Shown: positions 21,416 through 31,079 of the stretch, one piece after another
Position numbering within the stretch: the stretch's first letter is position 1
Layout of the letters: every line of letters starts with the position of its first letter
NCBI GenBank assembly: GCA_913063225.1
Contig: CAJXYP010000009.1
Coordinates: 27,719-91,718 of the forward strand
Reading direction: 5' to 3'
DNA: 64,000 nt
Source of the DNA: an uncultured Cellvibrionales bacterium
Lineage (GTDB): Bacteria; Pseudomonadota; Gammaproteobacteria; Pseudomonadales; GM7GCV1
Notes under the pieces: generated by a model
The model's input: only the letters and a program-made list of their open reading frames with translations
Told to the model about the DNA's origin: nothing
The model's database searches: none
Made by a program: the position numbers and the translations under genes

Positions 21416-24400
21416 TTAGCTAGGACGAACCACAAAAAGTAAATCGCCGGAATTAACCTGAGCTCCATTGGCTTGATTAAGGCGAACCACCTCATAGTTT
21501 TGATCCGCCTGAAACAATTCTCCTGCGCCAATAACGCTGGAAAGCGAAATCTGGGAAAACAGCTTCATCGCTTCTATCTGGCAGAGCGCCGAAGACAGGT
21601 TGATCTGACTGCCAATTTCGACATACTCGGGATCGTTCGGAGAGGGCGTTGAATAATAAATACCGGTCATTGGCGCCAGAACCTTAAGCTCGTTGGTGCC
21701 TTCGATACGCAGGGAGTCGAGACTGGTAGCAGCGGTGTCTACCCCGGTATAGGCCATTTCCACGATCAATTTATCACTATTCAAGCTCTTCAGGAATTTC
21801 GGTAGATAGCCTGTGTCGTACTTACCCTTCACAAAAGTTGGGTCAACCAATATTCGTTTCAATAAAGGGATATTGGTACAAACGCCCTTAATGCTAACTT
21901 CTGCCAATACCTCTAATAGTTTTGCGATAGCGTCGTTGCGGTCTTTCCCGTGCACAATAAGTTGCGCGATCATGCTGTCATAGAAAGGAGAAATGGTTTT
22001 CCCCTCGTCGACTGCAGATATGATTTCTATATCATCTCTCTCGGGGAATCGGCACTCGGTAACCAATCCTGGAGTGGGAATAAAGTCGAATTCACCTTCA
22101 TCATTTAGCTTGGCTTTCTCGGCAGTAATTCTCGCCTCAATCGAAAAGCCATTGTCGCCAATTTTCAAATCGGCAATAGAGCCGCCTTCGGCAATATTAA
22201 ACTGCTGCTCGACAATCTGAACACCAGAGGTCCACTCGGTGACAGGATGTTCTACCTGTAAGCGAGTATTCATTTCCATAAAGTAAATGGTTTTGTTTTT
22301 TAGATCGTAGATAAACTCAACGGTACCAGCGCCAATATAATCTACCGCATCAGCCAGTTTTCTTGCGCTACTAAAAGCTCTTTTGGCTAGGGCTGCGGTC
22401 AACATAGTAGAACCAGATTCTTCCAGTACCTTTTGATTATTGCGCTGAACAGTACAGTCTCTCAAGCCTATAATTTGCGTATTTCCGTGGCTGTCTCGAA
22501 GAATTTGAATCTCAATATGACGCATAGATTCAACAAATTTCTCCAAATACAGATCGCCATTTCCAAAAGCAGATTTAGCCTCAGCAAAAACCCGATTAAA
22601 TGCAGTCTTTACTTCCGAAGCTTCACGAACTATTTGAATACCCTTACCGCCACCGCCGTGAACCGCTTTTAGCAATACCGGATAACCGATTTCATCCGCC
22701 ACTTTCGCGGCGACACTTGCGGTAGCAAGAATGCCGTGGCTGCCGGGTACAACCGGCACGTCGTTAGCCATGGCCGTATGGATAGCAGTGGACTTGTTGC
22801 CCATCTGGTCCATGCTCTGTGCACGAGGGCCCAAAAAGTTGAGTCCTCTAGCGCGACACAAACGCGCAAATCCAGCATTTTCAGACAGGAAACCAATGCC
22901 TGGGTGTAATGAATCGGCGCCTTGGCGCGCAGCGATAGCTAACACGGAATGAGCGTTCAAATAGCTCTCATCTGGCGTTTGTCCACCGAGACACACAAGC
23001 TCATCATTTTCGTCCAGCATGCTCGCTGGTGCCGAATCCATATCCGGATCCGATTGCACCAGTAATACGCGTTTGCCTAATTTTTTAGCAACGCGGATAA
23101 GTTTAGTAGCCGTACAACCGCGAGCGTGGATCAAAACGGTTTCTATGGGGCGCATAAGATCACGCGCTTGCGCTGGTTCCGGAATATCGGCAGCAGCCTG
23201 AGTATCTACTCGACCCGCCAGAGTCTTCTCTAGCACGTCTTCAATAGATTCTTTTGGTACTGCAATGTCAGGATCAATTTTGCGCAGCTGGGCATCTAAG
23301 TCATCAGCAAAGGGATGTTTCACAATGCCGTGCATCGCCCCTTCGTTTTTCACCAAGTAGTTAGACACGGTGCACATAGAGGGCAAGAAAGAGGGCACTA
23401 CCACTCGACCCGCGAAGGGTAAGTCAGTGCCACTCAGGTAATAGGTTTGCACCAATGGGTGAGTCACAAAGCTTGCCTGTGAACCACCGGTACAGTCACC
23501 GAAGCCAAATACGATTACCGGCAATCCGGTTTCGCAAACGAAGCGTGTGATGCGGTCATTAACAATGGCCATGGAGAAAAGTGCATTTGCGCCTTCTTTG
23601 GTTTGCATTCCGCCGGATGAAACAAAACAAACTAAAGGTAAGTTCTGCTGAGCACAGGTAACCATTAGGTCACACATTTTTTCAGCACTGGCCATATCAA
23701 AGGCGCCAGCCTGGAATGAGACATTGGAGATAACCGTACCTACTCGAGGCGAACCTTCAATGTTCAGGTTGCCGATGCCGGAAATTACGCCACAGGGCGT
23801 AACCTTATTGTTGAGGGCTTTTTCAATGGAAATCCGGAATCCGGGAAAAGACACCGGGTTTGCCGTCATTAGATCAGCGTTGGTTTCCTCAAAGTTTGAG
23901 AAGAACTTCTCCTGAAATGCCTTTGCCGTAGTAACTTTTTTACGCTTGAGCGTATCCAGGGTTTTTTGAACTAGTAGATCACGATAAGCGATATTTAGCT
24001 GGTTCCAGAAATCCTTGCGCTTGCCAATGCGAACCGGGTTTATTTCGCCCTGATAGGTCTTGCCTTGAAGTTGCGAATTTAAATATTCGGGTACCAGCTC
24101 TTCAAAGAAGAAGGTGATTAGCACTAATAGCGCATCAGACAGCCGTGGAAAAATAACGCGCTTCCATTCCTCTACTTCTTTAAGGAAATCACCGCGGCGT
24201 CTATAACCAACAAAGCTGTTTAACCAGCGGGCAAATTGGCCAGATTTTATTTCGGCAGAAGCGGAGTTATCCATAGAGGCAACGTGTGCCGTGGCGTTTT
24301 CAATCGAGCTATCCAGAATACGCTTCAATGATTCAGCGCTTAGGGTATGGAACTCTCTAGTTTCTGCGGCGATTTCGCCAAAGTTGCTAACGATGCTGTC

Positions 24401-25963
24401 GTAGAGCGCATTGAAAATCAGAATGTTTTCGAACTGAGATAGAAAATGCGCCTTCAGATCTGAATTGAAAATAATTTCTGAAATGGTGAGATCTGTTTCG
24501 GCTATCTCGTAGATCTTAGAATTACCACCTTCAGAATCTTTAACCAACTGAGATAGTTTGACGAAGTTAAATTCACAATCCGCTTTCCAGCGGTTGTACA
24601 AGTACAGCGTGGTGCGAAAACAAAGTTTTTGCCGCGCATCTTCGAAATTTTTCTGCGGGTCACCTAACAGCAGGGTAGTAAATCGACCACGCTCTGCAGA
24701 TAGTTCGTTGCGTTTTTCTTTGTAAGATTTCCAGGCTCTAAACAGGTCGTCCTGATATATAAGTTTTTCCGGATCACTGTTCCAGCGCTCGAACCCTTCT
24801 TCCCGGGCCTTTTGCGTTCTGTCGCTTAGGTCACCTTTGGGGATTTCTTGTTTCGATAAACGGCCATAGGCATCGGTCGTGGAAGACATAATCCGTGTAC
24901 GCATAGTCAAGTAGCGTTGATGACGGCATGCGTGAGCAAAGATATTTGGATATTCAGTCGGGAAATCTTCCACATGGAAGTTGGCGACTTTTTGCAATTT
25001 GGTGAAGTTCTCATCCGGGTGCAGAAATCGCTGCACCTGAGTTATATAGTCTTCTGAAATATCGCCCTGGGCGCCGACCATATCAACACAGATGTTTTCA
25101 ATGGCATTGATGCCAGTGAGGATAGCGCTGACCAGCGGCTCTATGCCTATGCTAGAGTCAGCCGGAGCCCAATCGATAATTCCGTCGAGCACGCCGCGGT
25201 GGTTTAGCTCGGCGGGACTAATGCCAACATAGCGAGCGCTTTCCTGCCAGGACAAATTGTATTGGCGAGCAATGCTAGCAAGGCCCTTAGGCTGAATAGT
25301 ATTGAAAACCCCGGTCCGGACCGAGAGAAGAATATTGGTAGCCGCTAGTGGTATAGCTCCGCCGGAATACCCAAGACCATAAACGATGCCTACGGTTGGA
25401 ACATGTGTATTGGTCATTTCGGCAATCAGGCGCGAAATAGCGTGCGCCTGATTGTTTTCATTCGCTTCGGCACTGGCGTCTGCTCCCGGTGTATCCATAA
25501 AGGTAACAATGGGAATATTGCGGCGATTAAATATTCGTACCAGGCGAGCGGCTTCCAGATGGTGTTCTGGTTTCCACACGCCATTGCCAACGCTGCGGTT
25601 TTGCGCAATAACGCCAATACGCCGGCTGCCATGAACAGAATCTACGGCAATTTCCACGGCGTAGAGGGGGCCCATATCAACTTCGTTATAGGTCTTGCCG
25701 TTGATCATGCGCACGACATTGCGTGCGCTTACCATGGTATTTGATTCCGCGGGTTCTAGAACCCGGGCGATGTAATCATCTACGGACAAGTTCTTTAGAA
25801 TATCCAGCTCTTTGGCAACGGATTTCTCGGACATTAAGCCCTGAATTTTTCCTTCCCAATTAAATGGGCGCGTGCCCGATCCAACTTTAAAATCTCGCAC
25901 TTTTTGCTCAACAGTAGTGAACAGGCTGTCTTTTGCGGCCGATGCTTTGTTTGTTGCCGGCAT
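21416..25963 (-). CDS. Single-chain multidomain biotin-dependent acyl-CoA carboxylase (AccA-like CT, helical region, AccD-like CT, biotin carboxylase, BCCP)
   Basis: aa ~115-265 IPIVTFMDTPGA / GYSGGA (AccA-like); aa ~690-860 FQAGAFD / SSGGMQTKEG / CTGGSQASF / FAGRVV (AccD-like); aa ~940-1400 HPGIGFLSENA, KAVHGGGGKGI, RHIEIQ, EMNTRLQVEHPVTE (AccC-like); C-terminal APMTGIYYSTPSP..IEAMKL (AccB-like). Confidence 0.9.
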   Translation of the reverse strand: MPATNKASAAKDSLFTTVEQKVRDFKVGSGTRPFNWEGKIQGLMSEKSVAKELDILKNLSVDDYIARVLEPAESNTMVSARNVVRMINGKTYNEVDMGPLYAVEIAVDSVHGSRRIGVIAQNRSVGNGVWKPEHHLEAARLVRIFNRRNIPIVTFMDTPGADASAEANENNQAHAISRLIAEMTNTHVPTVGIVYGLGYSGGAIPLAATNILLSVRTGVFNTIQPKGLASIARQYNLSWQESARYVGISPAELNHRGVLDGIIDWAPADSSIGIEPLVSAILTGINAIENICVDMVGAQGDISEDYITQVQRFLHPDENFTKLQKVANFHVEDFPTEYPNIFAHACRHQRYLTMRTRIMSSTTDAYGRLSKQEIPKGDLSDRTQKAREEGFERWNSDPEKLIYQDDLFRAWKSYKEKRNELSAERGRFTTLLLGDPQKNFEDARQKLCFRTTLYLYNRWKADCEFNFVKLSQLVKDSEGGNSKIYEIAETDLTISEIIFNSDLKAHFLSQFENILIFNALYDSIVSNFGEIAAETREFHTLSAESLKRILDSSIENATAHVASMDNSASAEIKSGQFARWLNSFVGYRRRGDFLKEVEEWKRVIFPRLSDALLVLITFFFEELVPEYLNSQLQGKTYQGEINPVRIGKRKDFWNQLNIAYRDLLVQKTLDTLKRKKVTTAKAFQEKFFSNFEETNADLMTANPVSFPGFRISIEKALNNKVTPCGVISGIGNLNIEGSPRVGTVISNVSFQAGAFDMASAEKMCDLMVTCAQQNLPLVCFVSSGGMQTKEGANALFSMAIVNDRITRFVCETGLPVIVFGFGDCTGGSQASFVTHPLVQTYYLSGTDLPFAGRVVVPSFLPSMCTVSNYLVKNEGAMHGIVKHPFADDLDAQLRKIDPDIAVPKESIEDVLEKTLAGRVDTQAAADIPEPAQARDLMRPIETVLIHARGCTATKLIRVAKKLGKRVLLVQSDPDMDSAPASMLDENDELVCLGGQTPDESYLNAHSVLAIAARQGADSLHPGIGFLSENAGFARLCRARGLNFLGPRAQSMDQMGNKSTAIHTAMANDVPVVPGSHGILATASVAAKVADEIGYPVLLKAVHGGGGKGIQIVREASEVKTAFNRVFAEAKSAFGNGDLYLEKFVESMRHIEIQILRDSHGNTQIIGLRDCTVQRNNQKVLEESGSTMLTAALAKRAFSSARKLADAVDYIGAGTVEFIYDLKNKTIYFMEMNTRLQVEHPVTEWTSGVQIVEQQFNIAEGGSIADLKIGDNGFSIEARITAEKAKLNDEGEFDFIPTPGLVTECRFPERDDIEIISAVDEGKTISPFYDSMIAQLIVHGKDRNDAIAKLLEVLAEVSIKGVCTNIPLLKRILVDPTFVKGKYDTGYLPKFLKSLNSDKLIVEMAYTGVDTAATSLDSLRIEGTNELKVLAPMTGIYYSTPSPNDPEYVEIGSQINLSSALCQIEAMKLFSQISLSSVIGAGELFQADQNYEVVRLNQANGAQVNSGDLLFVVRPS

Positions 25964-26323
25964 AACTGGTTTTTCTCCGTACTTTTTGGGAAATAACGTG
26001 TACCGCTTGGGAAGCGGTCAATTATCTATCTTATAGGGTATGCAGTATCAGGCTCAGTGCGCCAACTGTCTAGTTTTAGCGGGCAAGATTGCTCTAGTGT
26101 TGACGGCAAATAGACGACTATCTCTGAGCCGCGTTCCCGATCGCCATTATAAGTCCATTTTCAGTCTATTTCGGATACAAAAGATGGGTGCCCCATAGGC
26201 AAAAACTATACCCCTTTTCCTGTACAAGCCTGTGCTTGTCCGGTGCATAAGTTGTGCATAGATTTCATTGGTCACGCCAGCAGTGGTTTTGCGCGGTAGT
26301 GAGACACCCCGGTTACCCCCAAT

Positions 26324-26370
26324 ACACAAGATATAGTGCCAAATTGAAATAATTTATCTATATATGGTGT
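26324..26370 (+). promoter_or_regulatory. Tandem NrdR boxes
   Basis: ACACAAGATATAGTGC (26324-26339) and TATCTATATATGGTGT (26355-26370), 31 bp apart, matching acaCwAtATaTwGtgt upstream of an RNR gene. Confidence 0.88.
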
Positions 26371-26437
26371 TTTTAACTTGTGTGAAGCCGCAAGTTGAAT
26401 CAGTATATCGGACTCGAAAAACGTCTTATATGGGGAA

Positions 26438-28588
26438 ATGATGGGAGAAGTAGCCAAGGTTCTGAAGCGCAGTTCAGAGATTGAAATGCAGTCGACTTCG
26501 CTTGATATATGGGACAAAAAGTATCGTCTTAAAGATAGAGCCGGTGAACCGATTGATCGAGACATCGCCGATACCTTTAAGCGTGTCGCTACGGCGCTTT
26601 CCGGGGTGGAAAAAACCAAAGCCAAACAAAAACAGTGGTACGAACGCTTTTTGTGGGCTTTAGATAATGGTGCACTTCCCGCTGGCCGCATTATTTCTAA
26701 TGCCGGTGCTCAAGCATACAAGCCTGCGACCTCAACCATTAACTGTACGGTTTCAGGAACCATTTCTGATTCCATGCACGAAATTCTCGACAAAAATTAC
26801 GAAGCGGGCATGACCCTAAAGGCGGGCTGTGGCATCGGTTACGAATTTTCGACGTTGCGCCCCAAAGGTGCTTACGTCTCTGGCGCCGGAGCCTATACCT
26901 CTGGGCCACTGTCCTTTATGGATATCTACGACAAAATGTGTTTTACCGTGTCTTCTGCCGGTGGTCGTCGTGGTGCTCAAATGGCGACTTTTGATATTAA
27001 CCATCCAGATGTGATGGACTTTATTCGTGCCAAGCGCGAAGACGGTCGGTTACGCCAGTTCAATTTATCCCTGCTTATAACCACCGAATTTATTGAAGCG
27101 GTTAAAAATGATGGGGATTGGTGTTTGAGCTTCCCGGTTTCGCAAAAAGAAGCGGACGAAGCAGGTCTGGATTTGAACGATCCAGCGCAAGTGGTATGGC
27201 GGTCTTTCCCCGCGACCAAAGACTATATAACCAACGATACGGGCATGGTTGCTTGCCGCATCTACAGCACTATTCGTGCCCAGCGTTTGTGGGACGTAAT
27301 TATGTCTTCCACCTATGACTTTGCTGAGCCCGGTTTTATCTTGATCGACAAAGTTAATGAGATGAACAATAACTGGTGGATCGAAGACATTCGGGCCACT
27401 AACCCCTGTGGTGAGCAGCCTTTGCCGCCCTACGGAAGCTGCCTACTCGGCTCGGTGAATTTGACCAGGTTGGTGCTGGATCCCTTTACTGAGAATGCCC
27501 GATTTGACTGGGAAAGATATCGCGAAGTGGTAGCAGTATTTACCCGCATGTTGGATAACGTTGTTGAAATCAATGGCTTGCCTTTAGATAAGCAGCGCCA
27601 TGAGATTGAATCCAAGCGTCGTCATGGCATGGGCTTTTTGGGCTTAGGATCTACGATGACTATGCTCGGCATGAGCTATGGCGATGACAAATCCGTAGAT
27701 TTCACCGATCAGATTGCCCGTGAAATGGCGGTTGTCGGCTGGCAACAAGCACTAGAGCTTACCGAAGAAAAAGGTGCCGCTCCGGTAATGAGTGATGAAT
27801 TCGAAGTTACCTCAGCCATGCTGGCCGCTCGCCCGGAAATGACAAAAGACGGTATTAAAGTTGGTGATAAAGTAGCCGGTAAAGTCCTGCACGCTCGCTA
27901 TAGCCGCTACATGCAGCAGATTGCAGAAATTGAACCTGAGCTCGTTGACCAGTTGGCAGAGAAGGGGGCTCGGTTTAGTCACCATAGCTCAATTGCGCCA
28001 ACGGGTACCATCTCACTATCTCTCTCAAATAACGCCAGCAACGGCATTGAGCCAAGCTTTGCACATCACTATTCTCGCAATGTGATTCGAGAGGGGCGTA
28101 AGACCAAAGAGAAAGTAGATGTATTTTCTTTTGAACTGTTGGCCTATCGAACCTTGGTAAATACCAAAGCCATGCCCACTAGCCAAGACGAAGGTGAAAA
28201 GTTGCCGGACTATTTTGTGGTTTCTGACAACATCACGCCTAAGCAACACGTAGATATTCAGGCGGCGGCGCAAAAGTGGGTAGATTCTTCTATCTCAAAA
28301 ACTGCCAACGTACCCACCGATCACCCCTACGAAGATTTCAAGGATATATACCTCTATGCGCACGAGAAAGGTCTCAAAGGTTGTACGACATTCCGCTTTA
28401 ACCCAGAGGCGTTCCAGGGTGTTCTTGTTAAAGAAGAAGATCTTGAAAACACCCTATACGAATTCACCCTCGAAGATGGCTCCACGATAGAGCTCAAGGG
28501 TAACGAAATGGTCGATTACGACGGAGAAACTCACACAGCTGCCAACCTCTTTGATGCGCTGAAAGAAGGTTACTACGGCAAATTCTAA
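26438..28588 (+). CDS. nrdJa: Adenosylcobalamin-dependent (class II) ribonucleotide reductase, large chain
   Basis: PAGRIISNAG, STINCTV, GGRRGAQM, ATNPCGEQ thiyl-radical Cys, IAPTGTISL; lacks the C-terminal Cys-containing domain. Confidence 0.93.
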   Translation: MMGEVAKVLKRSSEIEMQSTSLDIWDKKYRLKDRAGEPIDRDIADTFKRVATALSGVEKTKAKQKQWYERFLWALDNGALPAGRIISNAGAQAYKPATSTINCTVSGTISDSMHEILDKNYEAGMTLKAGCGIGYEFSTLRPKGAYVSGAGAYTSGPLSFMDIYDKMCFTVSSAGGRRGAQMATFDINHPDVMDFIRAKREDGRLRQFNLSLLITTEFIEAVKNDGDWCLSFPVSQKEADEAGLDLNDPAQVVWRSFPATKDYITNDTGMVACRIYSTIRAQRLWDVIMSSTYDFAEPGFILIDKVNEMNNNWWIEDIRATNPCGEQPLPPYGSCLLGSVNLTRLVLDPFTENARFDWERYREVVAVFTRMLDNVVEINGLPLDKQRHEIESKRRHGMGFLGLGSTMTMLGMSYGDDKSVDFTDQIAREMAVVGWQQALELTEEKGAAPVMSDEFEVTSAMLAARPEMTKDGIKVGDKVAGKVLHARYSRYMQQIAEIEPELVDQLAEKGARFSHHSSIAPTGTISLSLSNNASNGIEPSFAHHYSRNVIREGRKTKEKVDVFSFELLAYRTLVNTKAMPTSQDEGEKLPDYFVVSDNITPKQHVDIQAAAQKWVDSSISKTANVPTDHPYEDFKDIYLYAHEKGLKGCTTFRFNPEAFQGVLVKEEDLENTLYEFTLEDGSTIELKGNEMVDYDGETHTAANLFDALKEGYYGKF

Positions 28589-28589
28589 T

Positions 28590-28711
28590 ATGACTTCGCC
28601 AGTTCTCGTCATGCGTCGTTGTGTCGTTTTGCTCACATCCTCATTACCAGCATTGGTAACTGCGGTGTTCGCAAAACTCACGCCTAGCCAGACAAAAACT
28701 GGCTGTGTCAT
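28590..28711. repeat. ERIC-like 122-bp long-hairpin element between nrdJa and nrdJb
   Basis: Ends ATGACTTCGCCAGTTCTCGTC / GACAAAAACTGGCTGTGTCAT pair imperfectly; nested TTTTGC/GCAAAA and TTACCA/TGGTAA stems. Confidence 0.65.
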
Positions 28712-28753
28712 CTATCCAGCGGCTATATCCTGGGGAAATAAGGTACAAAAATT

Positions 28754-29470
28754 ATGACAGTCAAGTTAGATAAGAAAATTGTTAGCTACAAAGTAGTAGA
28801 TAAAAAAGCGGCTGCCACTGCGGCAGCGGCAGCGATTGCAGCAGAAGTTGAAAGCGCGAAAAACAATGTTGTGCATATGCACGAGTCTTTTGAGCGCCCG
28901 GAGCGATTGATAGGTTCTACCTACAAAGTTAAAACGCCTATGTCTGAGCATGCCATGTATATCACTATCAATGATGTGCTGCTAAACGAAGACACAGAAC
29001 ATGAATCGCGACGTCCATTTGAGGTTTTTATAAACTCAAAGAATATGGAACATTTTCAATGGGTTGTAGCGCTAACTCGTCTAATATCTGCGGTATTCCG
29101 CAAAGGTGGGGATGCTACTTTCCTGGTAGAAGAGCTTAAAGCAGTATTTGATCCTAAGGGCGGCTACTTCAAAAAAGGCGGTGTCTTCATGCCGTCGATT
29201 GTTGCCGAGATAGGGTTCGCTATCGAAGATCATATGAAGCACATTGGTCTAATCGACAACGGCCTGGATGAACATCAGAAAAAATTCATTGAAGACAAGC
29301 GCAAAGAATACGAAGTTGGTGTTCCGGCAGCGGCAGCAGCGAGTGCTGAAGCTGAAGATGCGAGCTATCCACCGAGCTCGACCCTGTGTATGAAATGCAG
29401 TACCAAAGCAGTGGTACTCATGGATGGTTGTATGACTTGTTTATGTTGTGGGGATTCTAAATGTGGCTAG
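28754..29470 (+). CDS. nrdJb: Class II RNR small chain (TSCPD domain plus C-terminal Cys cluster)
   Basis: RPERLIGSTYKVKTP, RPFEVFINSKN, CMKC..DGCMTCLCCGDSKCG. Confidence 0.92.
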   Translation: MTVKLDKKIVSYKVVDKKAAATAAAAAIAAEVESAKNNVVHMHESFERPERLIGSTYKVKTPMSEHAMYITINDVLLNEDTEHESRRPFEVFINSKNMEHFQWVVALTRLISAVFRKGGDATFLVEELKAVFDPKGGYFKKGGVFMPSIVAEIGFAIEDHMKHIGLIDNGLDEHQKKFIEDKRKEYEVGVPAAAAASAEAEDASYPPSSTLCMKCSTKAVVLMDGCMTCLCCGDSKCG

Positions 29471-29493
29471 ATTTTCTAATCTAGGTTGCACCT

Positions 29494-29520
29494 AAAAGGG
29501 CGCTATATGCGTCCTTTTTT
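29494..29520 (+). terminator. Rho-independent terminator after nrdJb
   Basis: AAAAGGGCGC-tatat-GCGTCC-TTTTTT. Confidence 0.8.
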
Positions 29521-29580
29521 AATCTATATATTTAGTTAGTTCACTACAGTGCTGTATGTACTGCTGGTTAATACATACTT

Positions 29581-29694
29581 TTATCTATTTCCGCTCCCGT
29601 GGCAATGGAAATAGTTATATTTGAATCAAAATTAGCAGAATGCTGAATCTCAAAATAGATTTAACCTAGTGCCCATGGCAATGGAGATATCTAA
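29581..29694. repeat. Two degenerate copies of the dispersed palindromic repeat
   Basis: TTATCTATTTCCGCTCCCGTGGCAATGGAAATAGTTAT (29581-29618) and TTAACCTAGTGCCCATGGCAATGGAGATATCTAA (29661-29694). Confidence 0.6.
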
Positions 29695-29708
29695 GGTTTA
29701 CCCGGATC

Positions 29709-30521
29709 TCAATCAGCGAGATCAATAATAACCGGACAATGATCTGATGGCTTCTCCATCCCCCTAATCTCATGATCAATGGTCACAGACTTCGCCTTAG
29801 GCAAAAGGCTATCCGTAACCATAATGCTATCGATACGTAGGCCGCGCTTGGGATCGTCATCAAAACCCTTGCTGCGATAATCAAACCAGCTCATAACATC
29901 AGATACGTCTGGATTGAGGTATCGGTAAGTGTCTGTAAGACCCCAGTTTTCAATGGCCTGCAGCCATTCCCGCTCTTCCGGAAGAAAGCTACATTTACCG
30001 GTTTGCAGCCAACGCTTTTGGTTCTTCTCGCCAATACCAATATCCAGATTCGTTGCTGATATATTGATATCGCCCATCACAATAACCTGGTCGCCAGGAT
30101 CATGATTGGCTTTCAAATGCTCAAGAAGGTCAGCATAGAACTTTCGTTTGTAGGGGAACTTGGTCGGGTGGTCGCGGCTTTCTCCCTGGGGGAAATAGCC
30201 GTTGTAGATTGTTAGGTTGCCGCCGGCGTAGGGAACGTCTATGCCAACAAGGCGCTTCTGAGACTCCTCGGTGTCGTGAGGGTAGCCTTTCTGTGGATTA
30301 GCTAAGCCCTTGCGTGACATGAGGGCAACGCCGTAATGGCCTTTTTGGCCGTGATAGAGCGTTTCGTAGCCAAGTTCATTAGGTATTTCTATGGGAAACA
30401 TATCGTCGTGCACTTTAGTTTCCTGCAAGCCGATAACGTCCGGTTGATGTTTTTCAACAAGGGCGGCCATCTGATGTGGCCGTGCCCGTAATCCGTTGAC
30501 ATTGAAACTGACGACTTTCAT
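29709..30521 (-). CDS. xthA: Exodeoxyribonuclease III
   Basis: [48 protein letters not shown]. Confidence 0.96.
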   Translation of the reverse strand: MKVVSFNVNGLRARPHQMAALVEKHQPDVIGLQETKVHDDMFPIEIPNELGYETLYHGQKGHYGVALMSRKGLANPQKGYPHDTEESQKRLVGIDVPYAGGNLTIYNGYFPQGESRDHPTKFPYKRKFYADLLEHLKANHDPGDQVIVMGDINISATNLDIGIGEKNQKRWLQTGKCSFLPEEREWLQAIENWGLTDTYRYLNPDVSDVMSWFDYRSKGFDDDPKRGLRIDSIMVTDSLLPKAKSVTIDHEIRGMEKPSDHCPVIIDLAD

Positions 30522-30592
30522 ACCTGTTACTCAATAGTTTGCGCGAAGAATGATTTTACAGAATTTGTCTTGCTTAGTGCTGATTCAAAGGC

Positions 30593-30826
30593 TTAGTTTG
30601 CAGATTCAGACTGGAGTCGCTCAACGAGCCAGACTTTAATTATTGACTGGCGAGTAACACCAATGCGAGCAGCCTCTCGATCAAGAGAATCAACTACCCA
30701 CAAAGGGAAATCTACATTAATGCGTTTTTGATCTCGGTTAGTACGACGCATAGATGAAACATCGAGATCATCAATGATGTCTTCTTTGCCTTGATCAAAC
30801 TTTTTTTCGAAGTCTTTAGCTTTCAT
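30593..30826 (-). CDS. BrnA/CopG-like ribbon-helix-helix antitoxin
   Basis: MKAKDFEKKFDQG..KRINVDFP..SLDREAARIGVTRQSIIKVW; overlaps the toxin stop. Confidence 0.85.
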   Translation of the reverse strand: MKAKDFEKKFDQGKEDIIDDLDVSSMRRTNRDQKRINVDFPLWVVDSLDREAARIGVTRQSIIKVWLVERLQSESAN

Positions 30827-31079
30827 ATAGATCTACCTCTTTCTTTCGTGCACGCCGGACAGAGATTAAGCGAATTAGTCCATTTCGGTAGGTTATTACC
30901 GCAGACCAATGTTTCTCTTTGATTCGTCCGATTATCAGAAACCTTGTTTCATCTTCCGAATTGGCCTGAATTTCGAGCAAGTCTGGGTCATTCCAAATCT
31001 CTTGGCTGCTACGGAAATTGAATCCGTGTTTCTCAAAGTTCGCTTGGCTCTTGCCGTCATCATATTCGAATCCATTCAT
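30816..31079 (-). CDS. brnT: BrnT-family ribonuclease toxin
   Basis: FEYDDGKSQANFEKHGFNF..ETRFLIIG..IRLISVRRAR. Confidence 0.9.
   Translation of the reverse strand: MNGFEYDDGKSQANFEKHGFNFRSSQEIWNDPDLLEIQANSEDETRFLIIGRIKEKHWSAVITYRNGLIRLISVRRARKKEVDLYES

Noticed and set aside
26438-29470. Split nrdJ as a novelty or frameshift
   Set aside because: The NrdJa/NrdJb split is established in Pseudomonas-like bacteria; both ORFs look intact.
29545-29580. SOS-like CTGTATG / CTGGTTAA sequences
   Set aside because: No correctly spaced CAG, and the site lies between convergent genes.
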